Source: an uncultured Phycisphaerales bacterium (GTDB lineage Bacteria > Planctomycetota > Phycisphaerae > Tepidisphaerales > Tepidisphaeraceae). From it: a stretch of 64,000 nt of DNA. The notes beneath the pieces were generated by a model. It ran no database searches and was not told the origin of the DNA. It saw nothing but the letters and a program-made list of their open reading frames with translations. The stretch lies in assembly GCA_963758525.1 (NCBI GenBank), contig CAVWVQ010000003.1, positions 2,624,001 through 2,688,000 of the forward strand. Reading direction: 5' to 3'. Below, piece after piece: positions 30,482-42,225 of this stretch. A program made the position numbers and the translations under genes. How positions within the stretch are numbered: position 1 is the stretch's first letter; every line of letters starts with the position of its first letter.

Positions 30482-31533
30482 TCATTGTTTGCCTCCCGGA
30501 TGTCCAACAGTCCAGTTCTGGACGGACCTTAGCAGACCAATCGCGGTGTCAATTAGGTCATCTATTAGCTTGGCAGTGAGCGTACCCGTAAGCGGAAGCC
30601 TGTCTCCAGTTTTCAGCAGAGGAATATCCTGCACCAGCATCGTTTGCTCGGTAAATTCCTTGTCCACAAAACCGCTCTTGTGAATGAGCACATTTCGGAC
30701 GGCGGCCGCATACTGAAGTCCTGGCGAATCCAAAAGTTCGATGATTGCGTCAGCATGCACATCAAACGCGAGATGATAGGCAAGCCGTATGTCTGGAAGA
30801 GATCGAAACGACACCTTCCGGATGCCCGATAGAAGGTCCCCCATTTTCGCTCGGACATCAAAACCGTATCGCTCCAACTCTCCAATCGGAATGCTTTTCG
30901 CGTCATTTTTGCATGCCCCTGTTCTATTCCGGCTCGCTTGCTTTCGTTTGAATATTTCCCTCGCGGTTGCCCCTTCAACGATCCCAGCCTTGATGGCCGT
31001 GCATTCACGGCGTCGATCCAAACGTCTTCCGCCAAGCTTTCGAAAACCGTCCACGCTTGAATCAGCATCGCGCGATAAAAGTACCTGATCGCATCGTCAT
31101 CAAAAAACCGCGCGAATTCCTGCTCTATGGTTTGCCAGATGATGGGCGTCAAAATGATTACGTTGTTCACGACTGGCGGCACATAGCCAGAGGCTACTGC
31201 CTCCCAAATCCTTTTATCGTACTCGCCGACTCCCTCGCCCTCATGGCGTGGCAATTGACGCATCGTGAATTGGAATCGTTCTTCATAGATCGAAAGTTGT
31301 GCGGGAAATAAAATAAACTGCTCAAGCCCATGCAGATTCTCAAGGAGAGCATCGGCGGAATGGCGAAACAGTTCGTCGGGCTCTGGTCGCGGCTTGCGCG
31401 TTGTTTCTCCAACCAGACGAATCGCCGCAGCGAAGTCGGCAACTTTGCCGACGCGGTCTGCTGGAAGTTCCTTTTTGCTCATAGCGCGCATTTTCGCGCG
31501 GGGATCACCTTCGTCAAATATATTGTTGCCCAA
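30482..31533 (-). pseudogene. HEPN-like protein split by a frameshift (~30900-30960)
   Basis: AWTVFESLAED in the first ORF and RNVLIH (R-x4-H) in the second. Confidence 0.6.
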
Positions 31534-31572
31534 AATAGATTTCGTCCAAATCTCGAAAATCGCAGTTCATCA

Positions 31573-31606
31573 CTGACCAGGTGTTGTCACTGTGGCCAGA
31601 TACACA
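31573..31606 (+). promoter_or_regulatory. Putative WYL box 5 (CTGACCAGGTGTTGTCAC-N10-TACACA)
   Basis: Between the divergent HEPN-like and nuclease-helicase genes. Confidence 0.6.
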
Positions 31607-31718
31607 TCGCCCGTAACCGAGATTCGGTCTCGCGTCATTCATGAAACCCTTCAGAACTTGCAACCGGCAGACCGGCAGGGCAAGCTGAAGAAGAGGCAGC
31701 CCTTCGGGGAAGGTCGCA

Positions 31719-34700
31719 ATGTACCACGACACAGAGGGCCTGCGCTTTTCGCCCACCGACCTGATCGTCTACCTGGAGGGTGAGTTCGGCTCATGGATGG
31801 ACCGGTCGTATCTGGAGCAGAGGCGAGAAATGAACGCACCGGCGACGGCCGCAGGCGCGGCGCTGGCGTATCGGCCGGATGGCGACAGCGCGGAAATGAA
31901 GCTGATCAAGGTCAAGGGAATAGAGCACGAGCAAGCATTCCTGCAGTCGCTCAAGACAGCGGGTTACAGAATTGTCGAGGTTATCCAGGGCGATGACGCC
32001 GCAGGTCACACTCTGCAGGCCATGCGCGATGGCGCTCAGGTCATCTATCAGGCGTGCGTCGAGGCCGCACCGTTCCGTGGTTACGCCGACTTTCTGAATC
32101 GACAGGGGGGCATCTCATCCCTGGGCGCACACCACTACGAAGTCTGGGATACGAAGTTGGCGAAATCCGCCAAGCCGTATTTCGTGATCCAGCTGTGCGC
32201 CTATGCCGAAATGCTCGAAGTGCTGCAAGGCCGCCGGCCGGAGGGCGTGGAGATTGTGCTGGGCACCAACGATCGCCGGCGTTTCAGGACCAACAACTAT
32301 TTTTACTACTACCGCTGTCTGAAGAACGGTTTTTTGAAGTTCCAGGAAAAGTTCGACGCAGAACAGATGCCTCATCCCGGTTTCTCACGGGGCTACGGGC
32401 GCTGGAGCGACGTGGCGGAGAGGATCCTGGCCGAATCCGACCACCTGATTGGCGTGGCACGGATGACCCGAACGCAGGTGAAGCGGCTGGAAGCTGCCGG
32501 CATCACGACGATCGCGGCGCTGGCCGCTTCCAATCAGTCGACAATCCTCGGCATGGACCCCCTGATCCTGGCCCGGCTCAGGAAACAGGCGCAGCTGCAG
32601 ATTCAATCTCGTGGCAAAGACACGCCGGCATTCGAGGTGGTGGCACCGCAGGCCGACGATCCCCGGCGCGGGCTGGCGCTTCTGCCACCTCCTTCGCCGG
32701 GGGATGTGTTCTTCGACATGGAAGGCTACCCCTTTGCGGCCGACGGATTGGAATACCTGTTTGGAGCCACATATCAGGAAGGGAAAGAGTTGCGGTTCGC
32801 CGACTGGTGGGCGCACGACGCGATTCAAGAGAAAACCGCCTTCGTGGGGTTTGTGACCTGGGCGCACCGGCGATGGAAGCGCGACCCGGACATGCACATT
32901 TACCACTACGCGGCCTACGAGCCCTCGGCGCTGCGACGGCTCATGGGTAAGTTTGCCACCTGCGAAGTCGAGGTGGATGAGCTGCTGCGGAACCAGGTCT
33001 TCGTGGACCTCTACACCGTGGTGCGGCAAGGCGTGGTCGTCGGGACGCCGAGCTATTCACTGAAAGACGTCGAGCGGGCGTACATGCGGCCGCGAACCGG
33101 GTCGGTAACAAGCGCTTCTGGATCGATCATCGCATATCAAGCATGGATGGAGAGTGAGCAGCCGCAGAGCTGGCAGGGCTCCCCGATCCTTCGGGAGATC
33201 CGTGATTACAACCAACTGGACTGTGATTCGACGTTCGAGCTCGCGGTCTGGCTGCGCAGGGTGCAGGCCACGCATAACATCGCCTACCTTCCGGAGAAGA
33301 CCGACGCGCCTGGCGACGCGGATCACGAGGACCCCGGCAGGGAGAATCCCAGCAAGGCTCTGGCCGAGAGACTCCTGAAGGAGATTGAAGACAACAAGGT
33401 CACCGATCCCGAGCGCCGGCGGGTGCAGGAGTTGTTGGCGTGGCTGCTGGAGTTCCACTGGCGAGAAGCCAAGCCGGTCTTCTGGCTCATGTTTGAGCGC
33501 CACGACATGACCGAAGAAGAGCTGTCGGCTGACCTGGACTGCCTCGGCGGCCTGCAACGAACCAAAGAACGACCGATACCGGTAGATCGCTCGCGGTTGA
33601 TCGGCTACCGGTACGACCCTGACCAGGACACCAAACTTTGTCCCGGCAGTAAATGCTTCTTTGCTCACGACCTGAGCGCGAAGGTCACCATCGAGACGAT
33701 GGACCGGCAATAGGGGCTGCTCCAGATTCGGTTCGGTCCATCCGTACCAGAAGTCCCTGACCGACTGAATCTAATTCCCAACGAGTACGTATCTGCAAGG
33801 TCGATCTCTGACGCCGTCTGCCGCTACGTGGATGGATGGAGCCACGGTCAGATTCGATCGCAGGCGGTCGATGATCTGATCCACCGCCGGCTTCCCTGGA
33901 TCAAGAGGCATGCGGGCGGCGCAGTGGTGCCGGACGGCGTCGATCTGCTGCCGGCGCTGACCGACGTCATGCGGCGGCTGGATCACACGACGCTGTGTAT
34001 CCAGGGGCCACCGGGATCGGGCAAAACATTTACCGCGGCGCATGTCATCGCCGAGCTGCTGCGTGACGGCAGACGGATCGGGGTCATGGCCAGCAGCCAC
34101 AAGGCGATCCTGAACCTGATGGAGGCGATCGCCGAGGCCGTTGAAGAGAAAGGGATCACCGCACGGCTGGTGAAGGTGGGTGGCGACGCTGATGAACCGT
34201 TGATCGCAACCGGTGTGGTTGAGCATTGCCCCCAAAACTCAGCTGCCGCAGAGGAACTGGGGTCTCGAAGCCTCGTGCTTGGGGGGACTGCCTGGCTCTT
34301 CAGTCGACCGGAGCTGGAAGGGCAGTTGGATTACTTGTTCGTGGACGAAGCTGGACAGGTTTCGCTGGCGAACATCGTCGGCAGCGGGCCGTGTGCCAGG
34401 AACATCATCCTCGTGGGCGATCAGATGCAGCTATCGCAGCCGACGAAGGGATCGCATCCCGGCGAGAGCGGCCTATCCGCGCTCGATTACCTCCTCCAAG
34501 GACACGCGACGATCCCGCCCGAACTGGGCGTGTTCCTGAGCAAGACATATCGTATGCACCCGGAAGTCTGCGAATTTATCTCGCAGGCCGTGTACGAGGG
34601 GCGGCTGAAGTCTCATCCCGATACCGCCAGGCAGGCGGTCCTCTGCGGTGATAAAGACCACGGAATGATCCGACGGCAGTCAGGCGTGAGCTTTGTGCCC

Positions 34701-35168
34701 GTCGAGCATGAAGGCAACGCCCAGGCAAGCGACGAGGAAATCGAGATCATCGAGGCGATCATCAGGCAGTTGCTCGGCAGGTGCGTGGTTGAGCGTGATG
34801 GTACGCAACGGGATTTAACGCTCAGCGACATCCTGATCGTCGCGCCGTACAACATGCAGGTCCGGCGACTGCAGGTCCGGCTGGGAACCAATGCTCGCGT
34901 TGGCACGGTCGACAGTTTCCAGGGCCAGGAAGCTCATGTGGTGATTGTCTCTATGTGCGCGTCGAGCGTGGAAGACAGTCCACGCGGGCTTGAGTTCCTG
35001 TTGAACAAGAACCGCATCAATGTTGCGGTGTCCAGGGCAAAGAGCCTCGCGATTGTGGTGTGGTGCCCGAATCTCATGGCAGCACGCTGCCGCACGATCG
35101 AGCAGATGGAACTCGTGAATCTGTTTTGCTGGCTGGCGGCATATGCGGAAGAGTTGTCGGCCCGATAG
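31719..35168 (+). pseudogene. TM0106-family RecB-like nuclease / RNase H-like / SF1 helicase, with one in-frame TAG at 33711-33713
   Basis: FSPTDL, GYADFL..YEVWDTK, FFDMEG, YNQLDC, QGPPGSGKT, VDEAGQ, GDQMQL, FQGQE, NVAVSRA; both ORFs share one frame. Confidence 0.9.
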
Positions 35169-35197
35169 GTGGGCACACGATGTGCGGGGGGCGTCGC

Positions 35198-36247
35198 CTA
35201 ACCCACTCTTGGCGAGCGATCCTCAAAATGCATAGGTAGCGCAATGTCGTAAATTTTCCAGAACGGATCATGTGAACCGCCATCTTCGAAGTGCGCAGCT
35301 TTCACAGTGTGGGGCATTCGCGGCTCCTTGAGGTATGTGACGTACCGACTCAGCGCAGGCAGATAATCGCCTGCGGCAATGTACGAGGGTAACGTAGCGA
35401 CGAATGTCAGTCCGTTGATTCTGAAAAGCAGCGATACCGCGAACAGCATCTCTTGGGACCTCTCAAACACCGGATGGCCACGAAATTCAGGATCGAATCT
35501 ATCAGCGTAATGGAGGAGGAACCATTTGCTTGTCAGCGTGTCTCCCAATGGAATGAGCGAATCGTTCAGTACAATTTTCACGCATCCCCTGAAGGGGCCG
35601 AAGTATTCCCCTGCCTGTTCTTTTGAGGCACGCTCCTCGAAAAAACGAGCGAGCGGACGCCTCACGAAATCAGCAGATGGATTACCCACCCACCTGTATC
35701 CGGCGATGCGAAACATCGCCAGATAGGCGCACTTCAGAAATGAGCCTATCAAGGCCGGTTCTGCCAATACGATAGAAGCTTCAAGTTGAACAGGCCTAGT
35801 CAAATCAAACCCCTCGATTGCGATCTTCACAAAACGGTGAGGGAAACTGTTGGTCGGTCCGTTAATCGAAAAACGCGGGAATCGCTTTCCCATCTCGGCA
35901 AGGTTCTTCTGATTGGGAGCGGCGGCTATGACCGGAAAGCGCTCGTCACCACTGACGACAGCAGCGGTGTCCGCCTTGTCAACGAACTCGTCTGATGCCA
36001 TTTTTGGAATGTTGAGATACTTGATGAGGTCGGGCTCAATCGTGCGACCGAAGTAATTGTCAACATCCTTTCGCTGGATCACCTTTAGACGTGAACATTC
36101 TTTGATAGCCGCGTTCAGGACATGCCCATCGCAAAGCTCCGCCTTTGGATCATCGTACAGTAGAATAGGGCAGAGGAATCGCTCCGGCGCGACGCCAATA
36201 CAGGCTTGGAGGTCATTGGCAAACCATTTCAACTGCTCTTCGTTCAT
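35198..36247 (-). CDS. Divergent HNH endonuclease-like protein
   Basis: FLCPI...GHVLN...DNYFG echoes the HNH_5 layout, with Cys ligands degenerate. Confidence 0.55.
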   Translation of the reverse strand: MNEEQLKWFANDLQACIGVAPERFLCPILLYDDPKAELCDGHVLNAAIKECSRLKVIQRKDVDNYFGRTIEPDLIKYLNIPKMASDEFVDKADTAAVVSGDERFPVIAAAPNQKNLAEMGKRFPRFSINGPTNSFPHRFVKIAIEGFDLTRPVQLEASIVLAEPALIGSFLKCAYLAMFRIAGYRWVGNPSADFVRRPLARFFEERASKEQAGEYFGPFRGCVKIVLNDSLIPLGDTLTSKWFLLHYADRFDPEFRGHPVFERSQEMLFAVSLLFRINGLTFVATLPSYIAAGDYLPALSRYVTYLKEPRMPHTVKAAHFEDGGSHDPFWKIYDIALPMHFEDRSPRVG

Positions 36248-36387
36248 CGCGCCTTCGATGCACTTCCAATCCCGTGGTGATCGAAGCATACGCAGCCTTG
36301 CTAAGCCTCTCCATCGGGGCTGTTCCGTTTTGACTGTTTGCTGGCGTGGGACCGCTCCCAACGTTAATCTTTTCCCACGCGGGGAAC

Positions 36388-39300
36388 ATGAGCACTCAAT
36401 CGAACATCCACTCTCCGAACTTCTCGTTTCTAGGCAGGCACGGCGAAGTCCTACTCAGGTACGGTGCCTTGGCCGAGCGATACGTCTTTGACGATCCCAA
36501 CTCCGCACTGATTAAACTTCGCCAGCTTGGCGAGGCGCTCGCGAAGAAGATCGCCGCGTCCATCGGCTTGGCGATCGATCCCGACATCGACTTTCTTGGT
36601 CTGTTAAACAAGCTCCGCGATTCCGGGGTGCTGACACCCGAGGTCGCCGAGCTTTTCCACGGTCTCCGCAAGGCGGGCAACGCGGCCGCCCATGACGGTG
36701 TCGGGACACAACGCGAAGCACTGCATCAGCTCAAGATGGCTCGCATCCTCGGAGTGTGGTTTCAGAAGGCATTCGGAAACGAGCCGAAGTTCAAGGCCGG
36801 TCCCTTCGTGCCTCCGCCCGACCCGCGCCAGGCTGAATCAGCCCTCGTTGCGGAACTCGATCAGCTCCGCAAACAACTCGCCGCTGGCGAAGCGGAAACC
36901 CACACCGCGAAATTGACCGCCCAACAAGAGGCGAAACTCAGACAGGACGCCGAGGTCCGCGCCAGCGCCATGTATCACGACCTGGAGGCGGCCTTCGCTC
37001 TCGCCGAAGATGCTGAACGCCGCCTCGAAGCCGACCGTCGGCAATTCGCGCAGGCACTCGCCACCCAACAGGCACAGGTGGTGCAACAGGCTACAGTTGC
37101 TCCGGCTACCGTTCAGGCCACCATCAGCCTGGCTATCCAGGCCGGCAACGCGCTCGATCTCTCCGAAGCCGATACTCGTAAGCTCATTGACGCCGAACTC
37201 CGAGAGGCCGGCTGGGAAGCCGACACCCCTCTCCTCCGCTATGCTGCCGGCACCCGACCACAGAAGGGGACCAACATCGCCATCGCCGAGTGGCCCACAG
37301 CCTCCGGCCCCGCTGACTACGCCCTGTTCGTCGGGCTCGTCTGCGTCGGCGTGGTTGAGGCCAAGCGCAAGAACAAGGATGTGGCCGGCTCCATCGAGCA
37401 GGCCAAACGCTACAGCAGGGGTTTTACGTTCGACGCTAATCAAACCGCAACGGGAAGCCCGTGGGGTTCTTACAAGGTCCCGTTCCTATTCGCCACCAAC
37501 GGCCGGCCATTTCTTCGGCAACTCATCACCAAGAGCGGCATCTGGTTCCTCGACGGCCGCGCCGCACACAATAACGCCCGCGCCCTCCAGGGTTGGTACA
37601 CGCCCAGCGGCCTGTTGGACCTCCTCAAACAGGACGAGCAGGCCGCCCAGGAAACCCTCCGTGCCGAGCCAACCGACTACCTGCCGCTCCGCGACTTCCA
37701 GAAGCGTGCCATCGCCGCCGTCGAGAAAGCGCTGGAGCAATCCCGCCGTCAACTGCTCATCGCCATGGCCACTGGCACCGGCAAGACCCGAACCAGCATT
37801 GGCATGGTTTACCGCCTGATCAAAGCCAAGCGATTTAACCGCGTCCTGTTCCTCGTGGACCGTTCCGCCCTTGGCGAGCAGGCCACCGACGCCTTTAAGG
37901 ACGTGCGACTTGAGAGCCTCAAGACCTTCTCTGACATTTATGACGTGAAGGAGATGGGCGACCTCCGTCCCGACGCAGACACTCGTCTTCACGTTGGCAC
38001 CATCCAGGGCATGATGCGCCGCATCCTCCTCTCCGAGGACCGCGAGCCCATCCCCGTCGATCTCTATGATTGCATCGTCGTCGACGAGTGCCATCGCGGC
38101 TACCGCTGGGATGACCTGATAATGAAAGACGGCATCGAGCAGCTCAACTTCTATAAATCCCTACTCCTGCACCTGGGCACCAAGGGCTCTGGTCGCGTGC
38201 AGGCGATCTTCGCCGACGCCACGACCTCGCTCCGCCAGCCACGCAATCTGGCCAAGCTCGTGACCGACATTGATGCCCTCGACTGGTATTCTGCAAAGAG
38301 CGAAGGTCTTGGAGATCTCTATGAAGGGCTGTTGGAGAAGAATGCCAACGAGAAGAAGTCCGGTGCCGGGCAGTATTTCACGCCACGACCACTGATCGAG
38401 TGCATGGTCGAGCTCACCCAGCCCCAGGCTGGCGAGTTCGTGCAGGACCCTGCTGCCGGCACCGGCGGCTTTCTCATCGCCGCCGACCGGTACATCAAGG
38501 CCCGTACCGACGACCTCTTCAAGCTTTCCGTGCGCCTGCAGGATTTTCAGAAGCGCCAAGCATTCTACGGCATCGAGCTTGTCCCCGACGCCCACCGCCT
38601 GCTGCTGATGAACGCTATGCTGCACGATATTGAAGGTGATCTGATTCTCGGCGATACGCTTTCCGCCGACGGTGCCAAGCTCCCCGTCGCCGATGTCATC
38701 CTCACCAATCCGCCGTTCGGCACGAAGAAAGGGGGCGGTCAGCCCACCCGTGACGACTTCACCTACCCCACTTCCAACAAGCAGCTCTGCTTCCTCCAGC
38801 ATGTTTACCGTGGCTTGCGTCCCAGCACCAAGGAGAAGGTTAGTCGTGCGGCCATCGTCCTGCCGGACAACGTCCTGTTTGAAGAAGGCGTCGGTGCCCA
38901 GGTCCGGGCTGATCTGATGGACAAGTGCAACTTACACACGATCCTTCGCCTGCCGACCGGCATCTTCTACGCGCAGGGTGTCAAGACCAATGTCCTGTTC
39001 TTCACCCGCGGCCTGGCCGCGAAGGACACCGGCAACACTAAGGGCGTCTGGATCTACAACATGCGGGCCAACATGCCTGCTTTCGGCAAGCGCACGCCTC
39101 TCACCATCGAGCATTTCAAAGACTTCAGGGTCGCCTATGGTCGCGACCCGCTCGGCCAATCGAAGCGGAAAGACCATGGGGAGGAAGGACGCTTCCGCTA
39201 CTTCACCCGCGAGTTCATCCGCGACAAGAAGGGCGAAAGCCTCGACATTTCCTGGCTGAAGGACGATAGCGACGGCAGCAACGAAGTGCTGCCCGATCCT

Positions 39301-39399
39301 GATGAAATCGCGGCTGCGATAACGGCGAAGCTGAAGACGGCGATGAAGGAGATGGGCGAGCTTGTGGAGATACTGGAAGGGCAGGAGGTGGACACGTGA
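36388..39399 (+). CDS. In-frame fusion of Type I HsdR N-terminal half and HsdM (N6-adenine MTase)
   Basis: DUF4145-like start, PADY..VVEAKR nuclease, MATGTGKT, DECHRGY, then directly RWDDL...GQYFTPR, DPAAGTGG, TNPPF. Confidence 0.9.
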   Translation: MSTQSNIHSPNFSFLGRHGEVLLRYGALAERYVFDDPNSALIKLRQLGEALAKKIAASIGLAIDPDIDFLGLLNKLRDSGVLTPEVAELFHGLRKAGNAAAHDGVGTQREALHQLKMARILGVWFQKAFGNEPKFKAGPFVPPPDPRQAESALVAELDQLRKQLAAGEAETHTAKLTAQQEAKLRQDAEVRASAMYHDLEAAFALAEDAERRLEADRRQFAQALATQQAQVVQQATVAPATVQATISLAIQAGNALDLSEADTRKLIDAELREAGWEADTPLLRYAAGTRPQKGTNIAIAEWPTASGPADYALFVGLVCVGVVEAKRKNKDVAGSIEQAKRYSRGFTFDANQTATGSPWGSYKVPFLFATNGRPFLRQLITKSGIWFLDGRAAHNNARALQGWYTPSGLLDLLKQDEQAAQETLRAEPTDYLPLRDFQKRAIAAVEKALEQSRRQLLIAMATGTGKTRTSIGMVYRLIKAKRFNRVLFLVDRSALGEQATDAFKDVRLESLKTFSDIYDVKEMGDLRPDADTRLHVGTIQGMMRRILLSEDREPIPVDLYDCIVVDECHRGYRWDDLIMKDGIEQLNFYKSLLLHLGTKGSGRVQAIFADATTSLRQPRNLAKLVTDIDALDWYSAKSEGLGDLYEGLLEKNANEKKSGAGQYFTPRPLIECMVELTQPQAGEFVQDPAAGTGGFLIAADRYIKARTDDLFKLSVRLQDFQKRQAFYGIELVPDAHRLLLMNAMLHDIEGDLILGDTLSADGAKLPVADVILTNPPFGTKKGGGQPTRDDFTYPTSNKQLCFLQHVYRGLRPSTKEKVSRAAIVLPDNVLFEEGVGAQVRADLMDKCNLHTILRLPTGIFYAQGVKTNVLFFTRGLAAKDTGNTKGVWIYNMRANMPAFGKRTPLTIEHFKDFRVAYGRDPLGQSKRKDHGEEGRFRYFTREFIRDKKGESLDISWLKDDSDGSNEVLPDPDEIAAAITAKLKTAMKEMGELVEILEGQEVDT

Positions 39400-41528
39400 G
39401 CGATGAGGATGACATCCTTCCTGCCGGTTGGATCGAGGCTCCGATCAGTGACTTGGCCGTTGAAAGGGTCGAGCAGTCTGGTCCCACAGAAGCCAGCGTC
39501 TTCACTTACATTGATATTGGCAGCGTCGATAATGCGGCGAAGGCAATCGTCAGCCCGAAAGTGATGGAATGCCGGTCGGCACCGAGTAGGGCACGTCAAA
39601 GCGTGAAGACTGGTGACGTCCTTGTTTCAATGACGCGACCGAATCTCAACGCCGTCGCATGCGTACCGCCAGAACTTGACGGAGCGATAGCATCGACTGG
39701 CTTTGACGTTCTCAGATCCTCCGAGATTCACCCGGACTGGATCTTTGCCCACGTCCGGTCGCAGCCATTCGTGGAGAAGATGACGTCTCTCGTGCGTGGA
39801 GCACTCTATCCTGCGGTGAATTCACGCGAAGTGCGGAGCTATGTCATTTCTGTGCCACCTGTGGCCGAACAGAAAAGAATCATCTCGAAGATTTCATCAC
39901 TGGAGAATCGCAGTCGCAAAGTCCGCGAAGCATTGGAAGCAGTCGGTCCATTGTTGAACCATTTCCGGCAATCGGTCTTGGCGGCGGCGTTCCGTGGCGA
40001 CCTCACGGCTGACTGGCGTGCCGCCCATCCCGACACCGAGCCCGCCAGCGCCCTGCTCGCCCGCATCCGCCAGGAGCGCCGCCACAAGTGGGAAAAGGCC
40101 GAGCTGCCCAAGATGAAAGCTAAGGGCAAGAAGCCCACCGATGACAAGTGGAAAGAGCGGTATGAGGAGCCGGAGCCGGTGGTTGACGCCGATTTGCCGG
40201 ATTTGCCGGAGGGGTGGTGCTGGTGCCCTTTGCACGAAGTCGGATACTTAAATCGGGGGAAATCTCGTCACCGTCCTCGAAATGCCGAACACCTTTACGG
40301 CGGTGCTTATCCGTTTGTCCAGACCGGCGACATTGCAAACTCCGGCGGTAAGATCCTGAGACATTCGCAGACTTATTCTGAGGCGGGCTTGGAACAAAGC
40401 CGGCTCTGGCCAACCGGAACTGTATGCATCACGATCGCGGCGAACATAGCAAGTTCCGCGGTTCTCACCTATCCCGCTTGCTTTCCTGATAGCGTGGTTG
40501 GCGTCATCCCGGATTCTCAATTGTGTTCGCCAGAGTTTCTTGAGTTCTTTCTGCGGACGGCCAAGGAAAACCTTGAGCGCTTCGCTCCTGCGACTGCCCA
40601 GAAGAACATCAACGTCGGCATACTAAACGACGTCGCCGTACCTCTCCCACCATCAGGCGAATTACGTGAACTTGTGAGTCGAGTCACGCACGCTTTTAGG
40701 GCGATTTCATGTGTGGAGATTCAAGTCTCTGACGCCCTGCGGGACTTGAGTATTCAAGACCAATCCATCCTCGCCAAAGCCTTCCGTGGCGAATTGGTAC
40801 CGCAAGATCGCAATGACGAGCCGGCGTCGCTCCTGCTGGAGCGCATCCGCGCCGCCCGTGAGCCCGGGGAGAGCAACGACAACGGCAATGGCACTCGCCG
40901 CAAGGGACGACTTAACCACCAGCCTGACGTTGCCGCAACCGACGATGGGCCTCGTCCCGCTTTGGAAGGCAAGCCAGCAGCAAAGGACAAACCAGATGCC
41001 ACCGCCAAACAGTTAGAGCTATTCCAGAAATCCGACGGCCGCACAACCCATGGGAATGTTGCGGTCGCGTCTACCGCTCTACCGATCGACGTGACCGACC
41101 GCGACGAGGTGATGGCTGCCGTGCGCGAGGTATTCACCGACGGCGTCACCCGTGACCGCGAGACGGCCTTGCGGGAACTGTCCAACGCGTTGGGCTATGG
41201 CCGGCTGGGAGCGCGCATTCGCGATGCGCTCGATGGCGATCTTCGCACAGCCGTCCGCCGTGGCATCCTGGAAAATACTCCGGCCGGCTTGCGCATCCTC
41301 TGCCGCAACATCTCCGATTACGACCGCGATTTCTTGATTGAGCAATTGTTGGCCGGCATTGGGACCAATTGGTGGGACCGCGAGGTGTTGATCGAGGGCA
41401 CCGCCCGCTGGCTAGGCTATCGCCGCACCGGACCTGTGATTGCGGAGACGCTTGCAAGCGCCATCACCCTGGCAATCCGGCGTGAGATTCTGTCTGCCGA
41501 TGGTTCGCGCGTCCGACGGCTGAAGTAA
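39396..41528 (+). CDS. hsdS: Type I specificity subunit with an extra C-terminal tandem wHTH-like extension
   Basis: LPAGW/LPEGW, PPVAEQKRI, QSVLAAAFRG, QSILAKAFRGELVPQ; GTGA overlap with the MTase gene. Confidence 0.9.
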   Translation: MSDEDDILPAGWIEAPISDLAVERVEQSGPTEASVFTYIDIGSVDNAAKAIVSPKVMECRSAPSRARQSVKTGDVLVSMTRPNLNAVACVPPELDGAIASTGFDVLRSSEIHPDWIFAHVRSQPFVEKMTSLVRGALYPAVNSREVRSYVISVPPVAEQKRIISKISSLENRSRKVREALEAVGPLLNHFRQSVLAAAFRGDLTADWRAAHPDTEPASALLARIRQERRHKWEKAELPKMKAKGKKPTDDKWKERYEEPEPVVDADLPDLPEGWCWCPLHEVGYLNRGKSRHRPRNAEHLYGGAYPFVQTGDIANSGGKILRHSQTYSEAGLEQSRLWPTGTVCITIAANIASSAVLTYPACFPDSVVGVIPDSQLCSPEFLEFFLRTAKENLERFAPATAQKNINVGILNDVAVPLPPSGELRELVSRVTHAFRAISCVEIQVSDALRDLSIQDQSILAKAFRGELVPQDRNDEPASLLLERIRAAREPGESNDNGNGTRRKGRLNHQPDVAATDDGPRPALEGKPAAKDKPDATAKQLELFQKSDGRTTHGNVAVASTALPIDVTDRDEVMAAVREVFTDGVTRDRETALRELSNALGYGRLGARIRDALDGDLRTAVRRGILENTPAGLRILCRNISDYDRDFLIEQLLAGIGTNWWDREVLIEGTARWLGYRRTGPVIAETLASAITLAIRREILSADGSRVRRLK

Positions 41529-41864
41529 CCTGTCGCACGACGCGCGAAACGCCAATTGTGGAAGCCATGTGTCGATGGAGGGACGCAGATCAAAGCATCC
41601 TGTGGCCAAAACGGCGTATGTGTCGCTGAAAAAGTAGGAATCGCGTATGAACAAAGTCGATCCTCAACTCACCGGCGACCCCGTTCGAAAGGCGATGAGT
41701 AGACTAAAGGGAGTGGAGTTTCGTGGCCCCGAAGAACTCGCCGAGTTCCTGAAGAGGGAAGGTTTGAAGCTTCTCCCGCTGGTGCAGGTCGGCCATCGCC
41801 GCAATCAGCGAAAAACGCGTGCTATTTCTTTAATCGCCTGGAGGCCAATCGTGCGCGCTGCATT

Positions 41865-42197
41865 TCAAGACACTGTCCAGCGGTAGTCATAGTGGTCGAC
41901 TATCGTATCGCTCTGGTCCCGGCAATTCGGAAACGCGTTGTAGAGTATGGCGTTGACCTTGTCATGATCCCCGCCTCTGGGCAATTGTATCTCAACATCG
42001 TTTCGCCAGCCTCCTGGGGCAGTAACGCTGATGCCCTTTAATCCCAGCGATTTGAACAGATTGCGGATGGCGGCGGCCAGTTCTTTTGCCGGAACACTGC
42101 GGTCGACAAAATCAGGCTTGACCGCGTTGGGATCGATTGTGACCAACTTAGCTTGCAACGCTCTCGTTCTGGCCTCTAGCACATCGCGGTCACTCAT
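41865..42197 (-). CDS. Small hypothetical protein
   Basis: GGAG RBS and ATG; preceded by box 6. Confidence 0.6.
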   Translation of the reverse strand: MSDRDVLEARTRALQAKLVTIDPNAVKPDFVDRSVPAKELAAAIRNLFKSLGLKGISVTAPGGWRNDVEIQLPRGGDHDKVNAILYNAFPNCRDQSDTIVDHYDYRWTVS

Positions 42198-42225
42198 GTC
42201 GTTCTCCGTCAGATGGCATTATTTC

